DNA of 63,865 nucleotides, counting the filler, from Klebsormidium nitens (taxonomy: Eukaryota; Plantae; Klebsormidiophyceae), in NCBI GenBank assembly GCA_000708835.1. It is 8 parts of 8 records of this genome, joined end to end, with 100 filler letters (N's around TTAATTAATTAA, not from the genome) between each part and the next. Parts side by side here need not be neighbours in the genome. Positions count along the whole stretch, not along the records: positions 52,122 to 58,296 come from DF237561.1; positions 58,397 to 61,356 come from DF238621.1; positions 61,457 to 63,865 come from DF238693.1; 5 more parts are not named here. One strand, 5' to 3'. The translations under genes were made by a program, and so were the position numbers. Below the pieces are notes generated by a model. That model made no database searches and was not told the origin of the DNA. It was given only the letters and a program-made list of their open reading frames with translations. Within the stretch, counting starts at the first letter, position 1; each line of letters opens with the position of its first letter. This document shows, piece by piece, positions 52,356 to 63,865 of the stretch.

Positions 52356-55300
52356 CTAGACGCGGCGCCGAAGCCGCTTTCCAGGCACATTGCCGCCCCC
52401 ACCGCCCCCATCATTCGAAGAATAGCACGCCCCATTAATACAGTAAGGGTTCGTGAAAGGGCAGCTATGGCCACAGTCCCCGCAGTTATTGCTGTTGCTA
52501 TCAGTATTGGCGCACACACCCGCGCAGCACTCCTCGCCCGGACCGCATGGCGCATGGTTGCACGAGCCGCAGTAAATGGTGCTGGTCGCCAAGTTGGCGC
52601 ACGTGCCCGAGCAGCACGACTCGTTCGGACCGCACTTATGGCCGCACGCGCCGCAGTTGTCGGTGTCGCTCCCTTTGTCGGCGCACACGCCCCCGCAGCA
52701 CGTCTCGCCCGAAGCGCACGCTTTGTTGCATATGCCGCAGTTGCGGGTGTCGCTCTTCAGGTTGGTGCACGTCTCCCCGCAGCACGAATTGCCCGCGGCG
52801 CAGCAGCTGCCGCCGCAGCACGACTCGCTGGAACCGCATGCGCGGCCGCACCCGCCGCAGTTGCTGGTGCTGGTTGTCAAATTGGCGCACTGGGCACCGC
52901 AGCACAGCTCGCCCGAAGCGCACTTGTTCGAGCACGAGCCGCAGGCGTCGGTGTTGCTCGTCAGGTCTTTGCTCTCGCCCCCGCAGCACGACCCGCCAAA
53001 GCAGGTTTGGCCGCACGAGCCGCAGTTAAGGTAGTCACTCATGACGTCAGCGCAGGCGTTGTTGCAGCACAACTGGCCGCCCGTGCAGGGGCCGCCCCCG
53101 CACTGACACTGGCACTGCGGCGGCGTGGCCACGAGGAGCCGCCGGCCGGTGAGGGACAGCCTTGGAGGCGTGGAGGTGACGTCGATTGACGTGCGCGTCG
53201 TGACGTCAGCTTCCGCCTGAAACGCACGGTGCGGGCGTGTCAGCGTTCGGTTCGAGGTCACGTTGAGTGAATAGTGCGACTATGCTGACACACCACCAGA
53301 TGGACGGATCTCGTCTCCCTACCGCTTGCCAAGTCCATCACTCGAACCGTGATATTTAGCCAAACTCAGAAGGGAGCGTCTCACGAATCTCAAGCAGATT
53401 CGAAACAGAATCGCTTCTTGATCCACTGGTGAGCCACATTAATTATGTCTCATATTTTCGTTTCCAAAGTCAAACAATAGACGGTCTTTTTTAGACAACC
53501 GGAAAGCAAAAGACAGGAGTTGCCCGTTGAGCACCCTTCAGGCAACCAGAACGTAGTACCCGAATTCCCTGTGATGGAAAAGCGCTGCCACAAAATCTGA
53601 ATCTGGTGAGCAACAATTTGTTCCGGCAGAATGATACGTTTGGTGCGTACAACCGAATACTAGATGGCCCGGAGAATTTGATGCTGCAAGGAGCGTCTCT
53701 TTGACACCAGAAGACATCGAACATTGCAGCATATGTACCGTTTTGAAGCGACTGAAGAAGCAGTCGGTAGCCGTCAGATTGGACGTCGCGTAATCGTCAT
53801 CCATTCCTTCGACGTACTCGCGGTGCAGCAAGCCTTCGAGAGTGCCCATCCGCAGACGCTCCTCAATGGCCCCGGGCGCATACATCTGGCCGACGAACTG
53901 CGGGATTTGAAGGATTTAGGGTTTTAGGGCGCGGCACAATGACGAGAACACCTACTGAACAACCTCCAGTCCTGTTTGTCCCTTTTTGTGCTAGGCTTCT
54001 GTTGGAGGATTGAGCAGAAAGCTGATTAAGTGCTTTCAGCGAAGTCTAGGGTGTACTTGGATGAACTAAGTACTGCATGCTTGAAGCGGCCTTTTGACAC
54101 GGTTTGCGCAACGATAGCACAGACTCTGATGCAGACTTCTCCGTTCTGACACGGATAAAAAATCTACGAACCTGTCTTTAAAAGTTGCAGTGTCAGGAGG
54201 GATCATTTTGCGCTAGCCAATTTCTCGAGCCAGGGTGTTTATGTGCATTTCTAAGACTAGCATAAGGAATGAAAGGAGATGTCCGCTTTAAAGGTTGAAC
54301 AGTACTACAGGTCTCTGGGCAAAAGATTCCAGATATCTACACATACGTGGAAGATTCATTGCTCCAATCTCTTTGCTCACCGAGCAGTTTGAGTGTCTCA
54401 TTCTTTGAGCGTCAAACAAAGAATTAATTCCTGTTGCGAGTCTAAACTTGACCCTTGATTGAGGGTCTTGACAGAAGTTAGGTTTCAAGGATGATGCAGG
54501 CATGCGCAATTGAGGTTGCATACCAATTTTAAGCTGTTGACCATAAACAAGCAAGCCGCCTTGAAGAAGCATGCACTGGTGAAAAGAGAAACCTTAGCTT
54601 TAGTTGCGAATTGAACAAATCAGAAAAAAACTAAAATCCGTCATGCACAAAACAGTCACTGAGTACTTCCGAGCCCCCGGCCTAGGCCTTTTGGCACCTT
54701 CTGCAAGCCCCTAAGAAGACATCCGTCTCCGAGCAGGTTGAATCCAAGAGCAGGCACGGCTGTTGGCTGCTCACCCCATGGACTTCTGGCGTGATCGAAA
54801 TGGATTGGATGTCAAAGCTGAGGCCGTAGATTGGAGGATCGGAGATGATTTCCTTGTCAACCTCCACCCAGATATCCATCTTTAGCTGATTCGGAATGGA
54901 GATCGTCACGAAGGTTCGGTTCTCGGATTTGTAAGTAATGGTCAGCGTCTCATCGGGACTGGTCCACGTTGACGCGCCGTCCGGAACCTGAACGGAAAGA
55001 TCGATCAATTACCATCTAGAAGGGATAAAGGGCGTTAACGTAAACTGATCACAAACTGTGTTTCGAGCATGGCCCTTTTTGAGGACTTTTGAATGCTTCA
55101 GAATACAAAATGCTTCTCATACGTCACTTACATATCAAAAGCATGATTTAGTGTTCAAATCGCAACAGGCGGTCAGCTAATCTGCATCTCGACTCGCTCG
55201 GCTGGAAAATATTCTTGAGGTTCAAGATGGCCCTTGCAAGTATAAAGTTGCTTTCAACGGATACCTAGTTTTGGACCAAATGCAGCTTCGAGCGCAGAGC

Positions 55301-57897
55301 TAGAGTTCATGACCGACCAGACTCAGCTGACTTATCCGAGTCGGTCTGCTTGCTTCAGAACCATCAGATCGAACTCCGGAAAAATGTATGTATAAAGAAT
55401 TAGGTTACAGTTGCTTGAAGAACGGCTAGAATGTCAGGCTATATATGGTCCCCCTGGCTCCATTCGATGCTCTCGTACTTCACAACTAATCTCAAGATTT
55501 CAGCTGGCCGGGATGGCTGAGATGGTCTGTCCCCGCGCTGCTCTAACTACTGAAAATGTAGAGCTCGAAACCTCAAATCGCCTTCAAAAAATCCAACCTC
55601 CAAAAGGTATAAATCAGAGAGATCGACAGAGCAATTTGAAGGTGACTTGGGAAGAACTCTGACTTTACAGGATCACAACCCCATAGGGAGAAGTACTGTG
55701 GTCACAGCAAATTACAGGGTGAATAACTCCTTCTTAGGACTAGAGGTTTGAGCAACTCTGAGGAACGCTGAATCTTCTCTTGTGAAAAACCCTTCACTGC
55801 AGTTGCACAGTTGTGCTTCTCTGGACACATTTTGCCTCGTCGTTTGTTCTGTAAGTTAATGACAACGATACGAAAAGCCTTACCAAGATCCCGGTGTCCT
55901 TCTCGAGGAAGTGGATAGCAAGTGGTTCTTCCGAGTCAGAAGCAGCCCGCGCCCTGGTTTGGTTGTGTACGATCTCCAGCGCTTGTTGATCATTATTCTC
56001 TGGCGTGGAATAAACGATCCCAATCGCATCCATCCATGTCCCCTCGAAAAAGGAGTCCACTGCGCTAGCTGCTCGATGAAGGATGTTGATATCTGGAGGC
56101 AGGTTGAACATGTGTGCGTTCAACTGCAGGCAATCATAAGGACAGGTCAGAGAGAGGGAAGCAGGGAAAGAAAGTAGGTTTGTCAAAGCCATGCGCCAAC
56201 ACTAAGATTGTGGAGTGCTGCAGTGAAAAGTCCGTTAGAGCTTTATGTGGAAAGGAGAGCTTGGCTGGCAAAAATGATTGGATACATACATTACGTCAAG
56301 GAGTCGGAGCCACTGTGACCATGCAGCCGCAGGTCAGAAATGGACAGAGCGTGCTTTTATAGTCCTATAGCCTGAGGACTCAATCCAAGGCACAGCAATG
56401 GCGCATGCCTACTCCGTACCAGATTTTCTAGAGTCGTTGGCGTTATGATGAATGAAACTAGAAAAGGAGATGTTCTATCTGGATCAGAGCTGTTGTCTGT
56501 CACAAATAGCAAGAGCCTCAATTTCAGTAGACCGGTCATGCTTGTTCAGTGAAGATCAAGGCTTTCAGATCTGCTAGCTAAAGCAGGTGAGCGGCGGCCT
56601 CTTTGGGACAGTGAGAATACAGCAGGCAGCTGTGAGTGTCAAGAAAACATTATAGTCTTCCGTTTGCTTTGTTCACACTCTCTAGATTGAGATACACGAG
56701 AGAGCAATGGTCAAGGCCTAGGAGACAACCTTTGGCACATAGGAGGCTTTGAAGCAGTCTAGGCTAAGCTGAGTCCTCTCTGCCATAGACTTCCAGGGTC
56801 CCAAGCCAGAAGGCAGTTTGGTGACTGCAGTATCGCCTTATTTTTGTTAGATCGCCGACAGTGGTGGGACTTACGCAGATTGAGTGGTCTGAGATCATGC
56901 AGTAGCTCTGGTTGCCCATACCATGGAAATCCCAGGTCATCTGCTGGCCAGTCTGGGGGACAGTAAGAAAGAAATGGGGGTCTCCAGTCCCTCCTGACGA
57001 AGCTGCAGGACGAAAGGAGACCAGGTCTTGTCAGCTAATGCTCTAATGCACTTGCTTATATGACGTCCAAGCTATACATGTCAAGTTCATCAGGTGCACT
57101 GGGTTGCAATCGAGGGGTGGCCGGATTTGGCAATTGAAATGTACACGGAAGACTAGCTCCAAAGTTGTAAGCAATACTGCATGATTATCACTTCTAACAG
57201 GAGAGCACTTGCCCCTTCGGCGAAAAGACAGCACAGCTTCTAGTTGGTCACATTAAGGATGTTGAAGTGCCCATGTTTTTGTTCAAGGTTGTGGCCATCT
57301 TTTGAGACCAAAGCCAACCGTGTGGTTGTTTCTTGCCTCAGATACATAGTGAGAGTTAGCTGAAACGAAACAAGCTTGCTAACCTTCTCGCTGAGCAGTC
57401 CTCCAATGAAGAGAAGACAGTCAAAGAGACGTTGACCAAAATCTGGTCAAGATCAGCAGCGACTTCCTGCAATGCTTGCCTACGCCTTCATACTATGCGC
57501 GAAGGATGGCAAAGCCTTTGCTGCGATAATATTTGTTTTTGTTCTGACCATTGATAAGGAAAACTCCTAGCTTGGTTACCACCTTTCCGACCTTCTCACC
57601 TCCACAAGAAGCACCGCCAGTGCAGCTGAAACCTCGGCTGGTCGGGCAACATCCATCACCGCACATGACCCCACACACACCGTTGCAGCAAGTAGCCCCA
57701 TTGGTGCAGTCTGTATCGTCCCCACAACTAGTTGCAATGACCGGAGCCAGGGCCAAGCAGCTCACGGCAGCGCAGAGAGCAAAGAGAGCAAAGCTCGGCT
57801 TGGCGCTGAGCCCTTTGCAAACCTGCCCAAAAACGCCAGAGGCCAGACTGGGATAGGTCATGACCGACCGAGCTTGTGCGTTCCTAAGTGGCGGCAT
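52356..57897 (-). CDS. Six-exon secreted protein, ~632 aa: signal peptide + Cys-rich + root-cap/VWD-like domain + seven Stig1 repeats
   Basis: Exons 57897-57600, 57002-56875, 56123-55884, 54987-54775, 53897-53739 and 53216-52356; phases are compatible and introns are GT-AG. Motifs GDPHF...DFHG...YCMISD..LNAH, TWMDAIGI, PEVHG|FVGQMY, DYATSNLTATDCFFSRF, RRLL and 7x DxxNCGxCGxxC...CC. The exon 5-6 link is inferred. Confidence 0.75.
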
Positions 57898-58427
57898 GTT
57901 GAGAAGGGGAATTGACTCTGCTGCACTGCTGAGGATGCTGTGAATCCTGCGGCCGCCCTAAAACCAAAGGCAATCCAAAACTGAGAGCCTGAGAACCTGA
58001 CACTCGAGAGCTGGTGAAAATTTTGCGAAAGAAGGCACGAGCAAAAAGAGGCTGCCCTGCCATGAATCATTGAATGGGAAACTTTCTGGCTTCAGATGCG
58101 CCAAAGCCATAGCATTACTAGGCCTTAGCGCCTTCACCAGATCTTCACTTCCTCAGTTCGGCACTACCTAAAATTGAAGATTCACAGACTACAGTGAGTG
58201 CTTCTCCGTGCTAATTCTAGCTAAAGCACTACGTAGGTCGGTACCTTAGTGTAGTAGTTATACCGGCCAGAAAACCACCTCCCGCCTTCTACGGAANNNN
58301 NNNNNNNNNNNNNNNNNNNNNNNNNNNNNNNNNNNNNNNNTTAATTAATTAANNNNNNNNNNNNNNNNNNNNNNNNNNNNNNNNNNNNNNNNNNNNTGCT
58401 AACTACAGTTCAATAAAGCATGGAGCA

Positions 58428-60944
58428 TTAATCACCTTTCAAAGCCGCATCTCCCTGCCGAGAGCTTGCAGCCTTTCTTGACAAGAGCGCTGCTCTGACA
58501 ACATTTCCTCTTGTTAAAAGCCCCACCAGTTTTCCTGCCTGGTCTACGACAGGGAGCCTGCGGAACTTGCTTTCAAGCAACAACCTGTGCAAGGCAACAG
58601 GGCCACAGGTTAGAGGATTGTCAGCGTAGAATCTCTAGCTGCAGCAAGTAAAGAGCAGTCAACTATAAGGCGTTGAACTTTTGAGTCGCTGTACCAATTC
58701 ATAAACAACGACAGACAAGAAAGGCAACTTTGAACTTCATAGATGCAGAGCTAGCGGCATGTATGAACCTCGATATGTCAAAATTGCAGGCAGAGGCACT
58801 ATGAAGGAGATTCCTGCCCTTCAAAGGAGACATGCTACATATTTGCCTTTCCCCCCCCCACCCCATAATGTGCAGATGCACTTCCCGCTGCTGCGCTCAC
58901 CTGGCCGCGTCTTCGAGGTTGGTCATGGGCCGCACCGCAAGGGGGTTGGGCGTCATCACGTCCCCCACCGTCTTGCCGTGCGTCTTGTTCAGCAGCTTTT
59001 GAATCTCCTTAAACGCCTGCGCACGCGACGGCCGTGAGAACGGGCTGTCGTGCAGAACCACCAAGCAGCCCGGCCGAGGCAGCACGGCCCATGCATGAGC
59101 GCGAGCCAAGGGCAGGCCACTCATAGCAATCCTGAGGCCTGCGTCCTACTTGCTCAGTTCCATGTCCTGATTGTGCGTGAAAGCTCCCACAGACTAGCCA
59201 GCTCGGCTGTTTGATTACATCGAGTGGCAGCCTGTGGCTGGATGCTGACCTTCCAGGTACTCTTGGTGGAGGGGAAGAGGCCGGTCTCCTGCTGGGGGGG
59301 ACCTGAGATGGAGTCCAGCGCCAGCAGGTCGTAGTCCGACACCACGCCAATCAGCTTGCCCGCGTCATCCACCACGGGCATGCCTGCACAAGGGGCGGGG
59401 GGGGAGCACATGAGCCACTTGGCTCTGAAAGGGCAGATACCCAAACGCAGTGGGGGCGCTTTTCAAAGAGGTACACAGACCTTGGCCACCACTTTATCAA
59501 GGTCACCACTGCAACTGAGAAGCGACCAGCGCCAGGGATAGACTGAAAACAGGGATAGAGTGATACCTGTGATACGGTTGTCCACCAGAAACTCCAGCGC
59601 TGCGAGCAACCAGAGGCGGGCAATTGGTCAGCGGGAGGTGGGGCAAGATGCTAAAACCAATAGCTGACAACTTGGCTGGTAGAGGAACACTGGTGCAACT
59701 AGTAGAGAAACAGTGGTGGGATCGCACCAGGAGACATGGCAACATCAACACAAGGACAACATGCAGCACAGCAAAGAGCGAGCCGTGTAGCGTTCAAGGC
59801 ACAAAAGTAAACTGTGGCCCTGGCCTAACCAAGACAGAGTGTCTACATTGCAATGCTGCTCACCTTCATCAACAGTGGTGTCCACCGTAGCACAAATGAG
59901 CGCACCCCGCGTCATGGCATCCCCCACACTGTGGAACGCACGGGGCTGCACAGTCCACCAACACATCAACATCTGATGTCCAATTCTCAATGTTCGTTTT
60001 TCACCTAGCTTCACAATTTTCTGAAACCCTAATACCTATAACCAGCTCTGCCGGAAGCAGTCAGCGACCACCATGATGATCAGGTTCTGAGGAAATGCCC
60101 TCATCCAGGCCCCTTCTGGCAGGCCTCATCAGCCCCCAACTTCTGGAACCAGCGAAGCACCAAATGTCCAATAGAAAACCAGATGACAGAAGAAAGGACG
60201 AGGTTGTGGCACCAACAATTGGGTTCGAGCCACAGGTCTGGAGGTGCAAACTTATGTCTACAGTGGCTGCCAAAGACTTGTATCGTCTTCCACTATACGG
60301 AGGTGTAAAGGTATCTGCACCATTACCAACAAATCCATGTTTGGTCCCTTCCCTCTGACTGTCTGAGATTCTTCAAGAAGCAATCTCTCGGCAAGAGATT
60401 TCCCATGACAATTGGTGACAGTGCAACATATTTCCAAACCCTACAAATTCCCAGTGAACTAGCTCGTTGACATACAACTCAGACACATAAGACTACTATA
60501 CAGCACACGAAGAGAGCAAAACAAGAAACTAACACTGGTAGTGCAAGAGGATCTAACTCTTACCTGCTCTTCAGGCTCCACCTCTGGTTCTGTTGGAGAA
60601 GGCGCCGGGGCAGGGGCAGCAGCAGTAGCCATGCTTATTCCCACATGCCTTCTCCGTTTTCCAAACAAACTGCAAGGAACGCCGCATCCTTCATGATGCA
60701 CCTCTCGAAGCATTGCTGACTGGCCACTTGAGGAGCCCCATCCATGTCTAGCAATGTTTTCTAGGGGCACTGATGCCCTCTGGTAGATGCTTGGATCCTG
60801 CGGGCCTGAGCGACGCTGGGATCGGGCGCTACATACCGCGTCACTCAAGGACAACCGAGAGAGCCCACCCTGGAGCACCGCTTGTAAAGCCATCCTATGC
60901 GACCCAGCTAACGAAGAACCTGAAGATATAGACAACGGCGCCAA
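58428..60944 (-). CDS. CBSX1: Chloroplast CBS-domain protein (CBSX1/CBSX2 family), six exons, ~300 aa
   Basis: Exons 60944-60564, 59945-59864, 59599-59567, 59383-59250, 59016-58901 and 58584-58428. Motifs VGDAMT, RITGMPVVDDAGKLIGVVSDYDLLALDSISG, GKTVGDVMTPNP and FRRLPVVD...LTRGNVVRAAL. CBSX1 and CBSX2 cannot be distinguished. Confidence 0.92.
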
Positions 60945-61701
60945 GATGCGTGAGACCAGAAACTGCTTCCACCTCGGTCCTCAGAAACTCCTTTGAAGGA
61001 TGCCAACAGCAGTGGAGTGGAGTGCGATGCGACCAAAGAGAGACGGTTTCTCGCAAGCCACCGTAGGTAGTCTCTCTTCGAGTCTTCCGGGTCCCGGCAA
61101 TGCAAGCTAGCGACGTCATGAAACACGGACGTTGATAGTCCCGCTGATACATCACCCGAGCAGCATGCAAGTCTCAGTGTCAACCGATCCTGTCAACTGT
61201 GGTTGAAAAGCAATCTGACATTCCAACATAAACTGTCACCATAGATTTTTGAACTGCTCGGTGAGTCATATAAGACCTCGTGATAAGACACCGAGATTTG
61301 GAAAGTTTTAGTATGTTTTTGGGGTTTTAGAGTTTCTGGGGTTTAAGGGTTTTAAANNNNNNNNNNNNNNNNNNNNNNNNNNNNNNNNNNNNNNNNNNNN
61401 TTAATTAATTAANNNNNNNNNNNNNNNNNNNNNNNNNNNNNNNNNNNNNNNNNNNNCCCGTATTTCTCTCACCCCGAGTCGATTCTGTTCAGCGCCGCTT
61501 CAGAAAGACTCGGGTCCACTTCGTCGAAAGAAGCTCGAAATCTTTCAGAAATGCTTGGGGCTTGCCCTCGCACCTTTGAAAAAACTGAGTAAGGAGTGAG
61601 TTTCGTGATCTTCAACCTGCTTTGCAACGTATTGGAAGTCCTTGTGTGGCTAGTGTGCATCCGAAGTCACGTTTGCTTTCTAGCCCGGGGTACTAGCTAA
61701 G

Positions 61702-63737
61702 TTGCAGGAATCAAACATGAAGAGCGAGTCACTCTGCAAGCTGCAAGATTTGTACTTTTTAATCAAGAGGAGGCATACTTTCTTTATTGCGAGTTGCAGG
61801 GGCCAGTCGATGATGGATCCATATGGGGACAGGCAAATGGTTTATCCTCTGCTGTATGCCTACGTCACCGACCACCCCGAAGGATGCAAGGTATGCGGGG
61901 CGGAGGCGCTGATTCTTGCTGGCATTGAGTCTACCATGCCTTCGCTTCCTTGACGAACTTGTTCTGAAACTGGAGGTGCGCGTCATTTTTATAAGTTTCC
62001 ACATGGTCACGTTGGCGTCGATTGTGATTCTGCAGGTGTCTTGTACTTTGGATGGTCACCAGACCGCCCACCCATGCAGCTCTTGCATGTGTCCTAAAGA
62101 GTTCCTTAGCCAGGTTTCTGGTCCAACTACCGCAAGTCGAGGTTGGGGTTACAGGAAAGAAACCGGTATGCGAAAAGCTTATGAGCTGATGAAAACGGCC
62201 GGGGAATATGGACGAGGGTTTTTGGGCAAGCGAGATGAGATCAGTCGGAAGTTTTCCCTTCATCCAGTCGAGGTGCATCTTCCATCTTTGTTCACTGCTC
62301 GTCCATGCTCCTGCTTCTAGCAACCGTTTAAGAACAAACCGGTTGCTTGCCTCTGCAAGCGTCTCATCTTCCAGGCTGTGTGCCAGTAGCTGCCCAAGTG
62401 TTCACGGAAGTAGTGACTTTGAAGTTCGTGGGCTTTTGCATCAAATGCTGCTTTCTGTCTTGCTTGAGTACGCATCGTCAATGTTTGGCTGGATTTGATC
62501 AGCGTTCACAAATAACGAGCCCTCCCTCCCTTGTCTCGTGCAGTGTGCTCTTTGGGGTTTTAACGGCGGCGAGACTGAGCTTGGAAATCCTTATCGATGC
62601 ATCTTGGTTGAGATGATGCATCAGGCTGATGCCGGTGTCTTCAATACCATTTGCGGAGCTCTGATTGAGTGGATGCTTGATAACGGCGGTGAAGCTAAGC
62701 TCCACGACGTTCAATGATGCTCGCCTGGCAGATATGCAAGAGAGATGCAGGTTTGCTGATTATAGGATACCTGGTAACGACAAAGGCGGCTATTTTACTT
62801 CCAACGCAAACTTCACTGCCACAGAGCATCGGAGCGTGATGCAGGTGCGGACCGCGGGCTCCGTTTAAAGTTTGAGCAACGTGTCCATTTGACCCTAACA
62901 AGGCGCAGTCTGCATCCATTGTTGGTGGGACATTCAGACTACGAATTGGTTCCAAAGTTGTATTCTCACCTTGAAAACCTTTTGGTACTATGATCCTTGC
63001 AGGTTGTCGTTTTTGCTCTGAACGGACTCGTTGACGAAGACCAGCTTGATGCTGTCGTCTCCTTCCTTGAGTGGTACGTTGCTGCCTGCCGTCGGAAGGA
63101 GCATACCAGTCAAACACTGGCTGATATGAACCGGAAGATGGACGTGTAAGTGCTTCCGTTTTCTTCCTGTGCTGGCTGCACACAAGGTCAAGTTCTCCAG
63201 GTTGCAGTATCTTATGTTGACTCCAATTCGGAAAACTGGCTGGCTTGAGAGCATCTTGTTTCTTTGCTGAACTGGCTGCATTAAATCTCGTACAGCATGA
63301 TCGAGAAGGTGATTGGGTGCATACCCCAGACTTCGTCCTTTCAACACGTCAAAGTTCATGCGCTGAATCACTACAGTGATTGTATACGCCGTTCGGGGAC
63401 TCCACTTGAGTACTCCGCAAATATGTACGAGCAGATGCATATCCAGCTCGTTAAGATAGGGTACCGCGCGAGCAACAAGAGGAACGCTACGAGCCAGATT
63501 GTCGAGCATAATAGGCGGTTCGAAACGATGAGGCGGTTTGGTACTCAGTCGGATCCTGATCAAGAACCGGACAAGAAAGTGATGGCAATTACTTTGGTGA
63601 GTCTTTTGAAATTAGTCTTTCCTTGGTCATGCGGATTCTCAGTTTTGAGAAGTGGAAGTTGCCAATTGAGTGTGCCAGCCTGCTTTGATAGCTCAACGGG
63701 TTTGACATCATACTCTCCAAACATGTGGGCAGCTTGA
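61702..63737 (+). mobile_element. Intron-containing Plavaka-type transposase (fragmented)
   Basis: MDPYGDRQMVYPLLYAYVTDHPEGCK|VSC...CSSC, FTATEHRSVMQ, AVVSFLEWY...HTSQTLADM and KVHALNHYSDCIRRSGTPLEYSANMYEQMHIQLVKIGYRASNKRN. Confidence 0.75.
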
Positions 63738-63865
63738 AGGTTGCCGGACTGATTGCAGTTCTTTCTTTGTTGAAAAACCCGATATTGTCCATGTTCGCTC
63801 ATGCTTCTTCTTGGCTGTCGTTTTTGCTGTCGACCGGGTAAGTTACGAACGTTCGGAAGCAGGTT

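Noticed and set aside
52329-53189. 286-aa Ala/Arg-rich plus-strand ORF and other overlapping ORFs
   Set aside because: Antisense shadows of the GC-rich Stig1 repeat exon.
61318-61335. Degenerate GGGTTTT tract (61318-61355) before a gap as a true telomere
   Set aside because: It is short, highly degenerate and internal to the scaffold.
62988-63563. 191-aa minus-strand ORF
   Set aside because: Antisense to the conserved Plavaka exons, with no motif of its own.

Overview
This is a eukaryotic draft-assembly window. It is probably from a streptophyte alga such as Klebsormidium; that is an inference from GT-AG intron genes for a plastid CBSX protein and a root-cap/Stig1 protein, plus TTTAGGG-like repeats. 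Seven artificial N-TTAATTAATTAA-N linkers split it, so adjacency across them is not guaranteed. Positions ~271-12250 hold an endogenous Polinton-like virus (PLV). It encodes a double jelly-roll major capsid (5'-truncated, one internal stop), an A32-like packaging ATPase, a minor capsid, a D5-type primase-helicase, a tyrosine recombinase and a GIY-YIG nuclease. No pPolB is visible. It also carries a repeated 14-nt promoter-like motif and an origin-like GGGGAGGGC array. Next come a chromovirus (Ty3/gypsy) LTR element with a -1 frameshift signal and a PrimPol-like pseudogene. A small contig joins an aquaporin to two virus-like genes. Four multi-exon host gene models follow: a large plastid-like protein, an HNH nuclease, a root-cap plus Stig1 fusion, and CBSX. 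LINE pieces and an intron-containing Plavaka-type transposase complete the window. No rRNA, tRNA or CRISPR array is supported. All family assignments come from motif recognition by eye, not from database searches.
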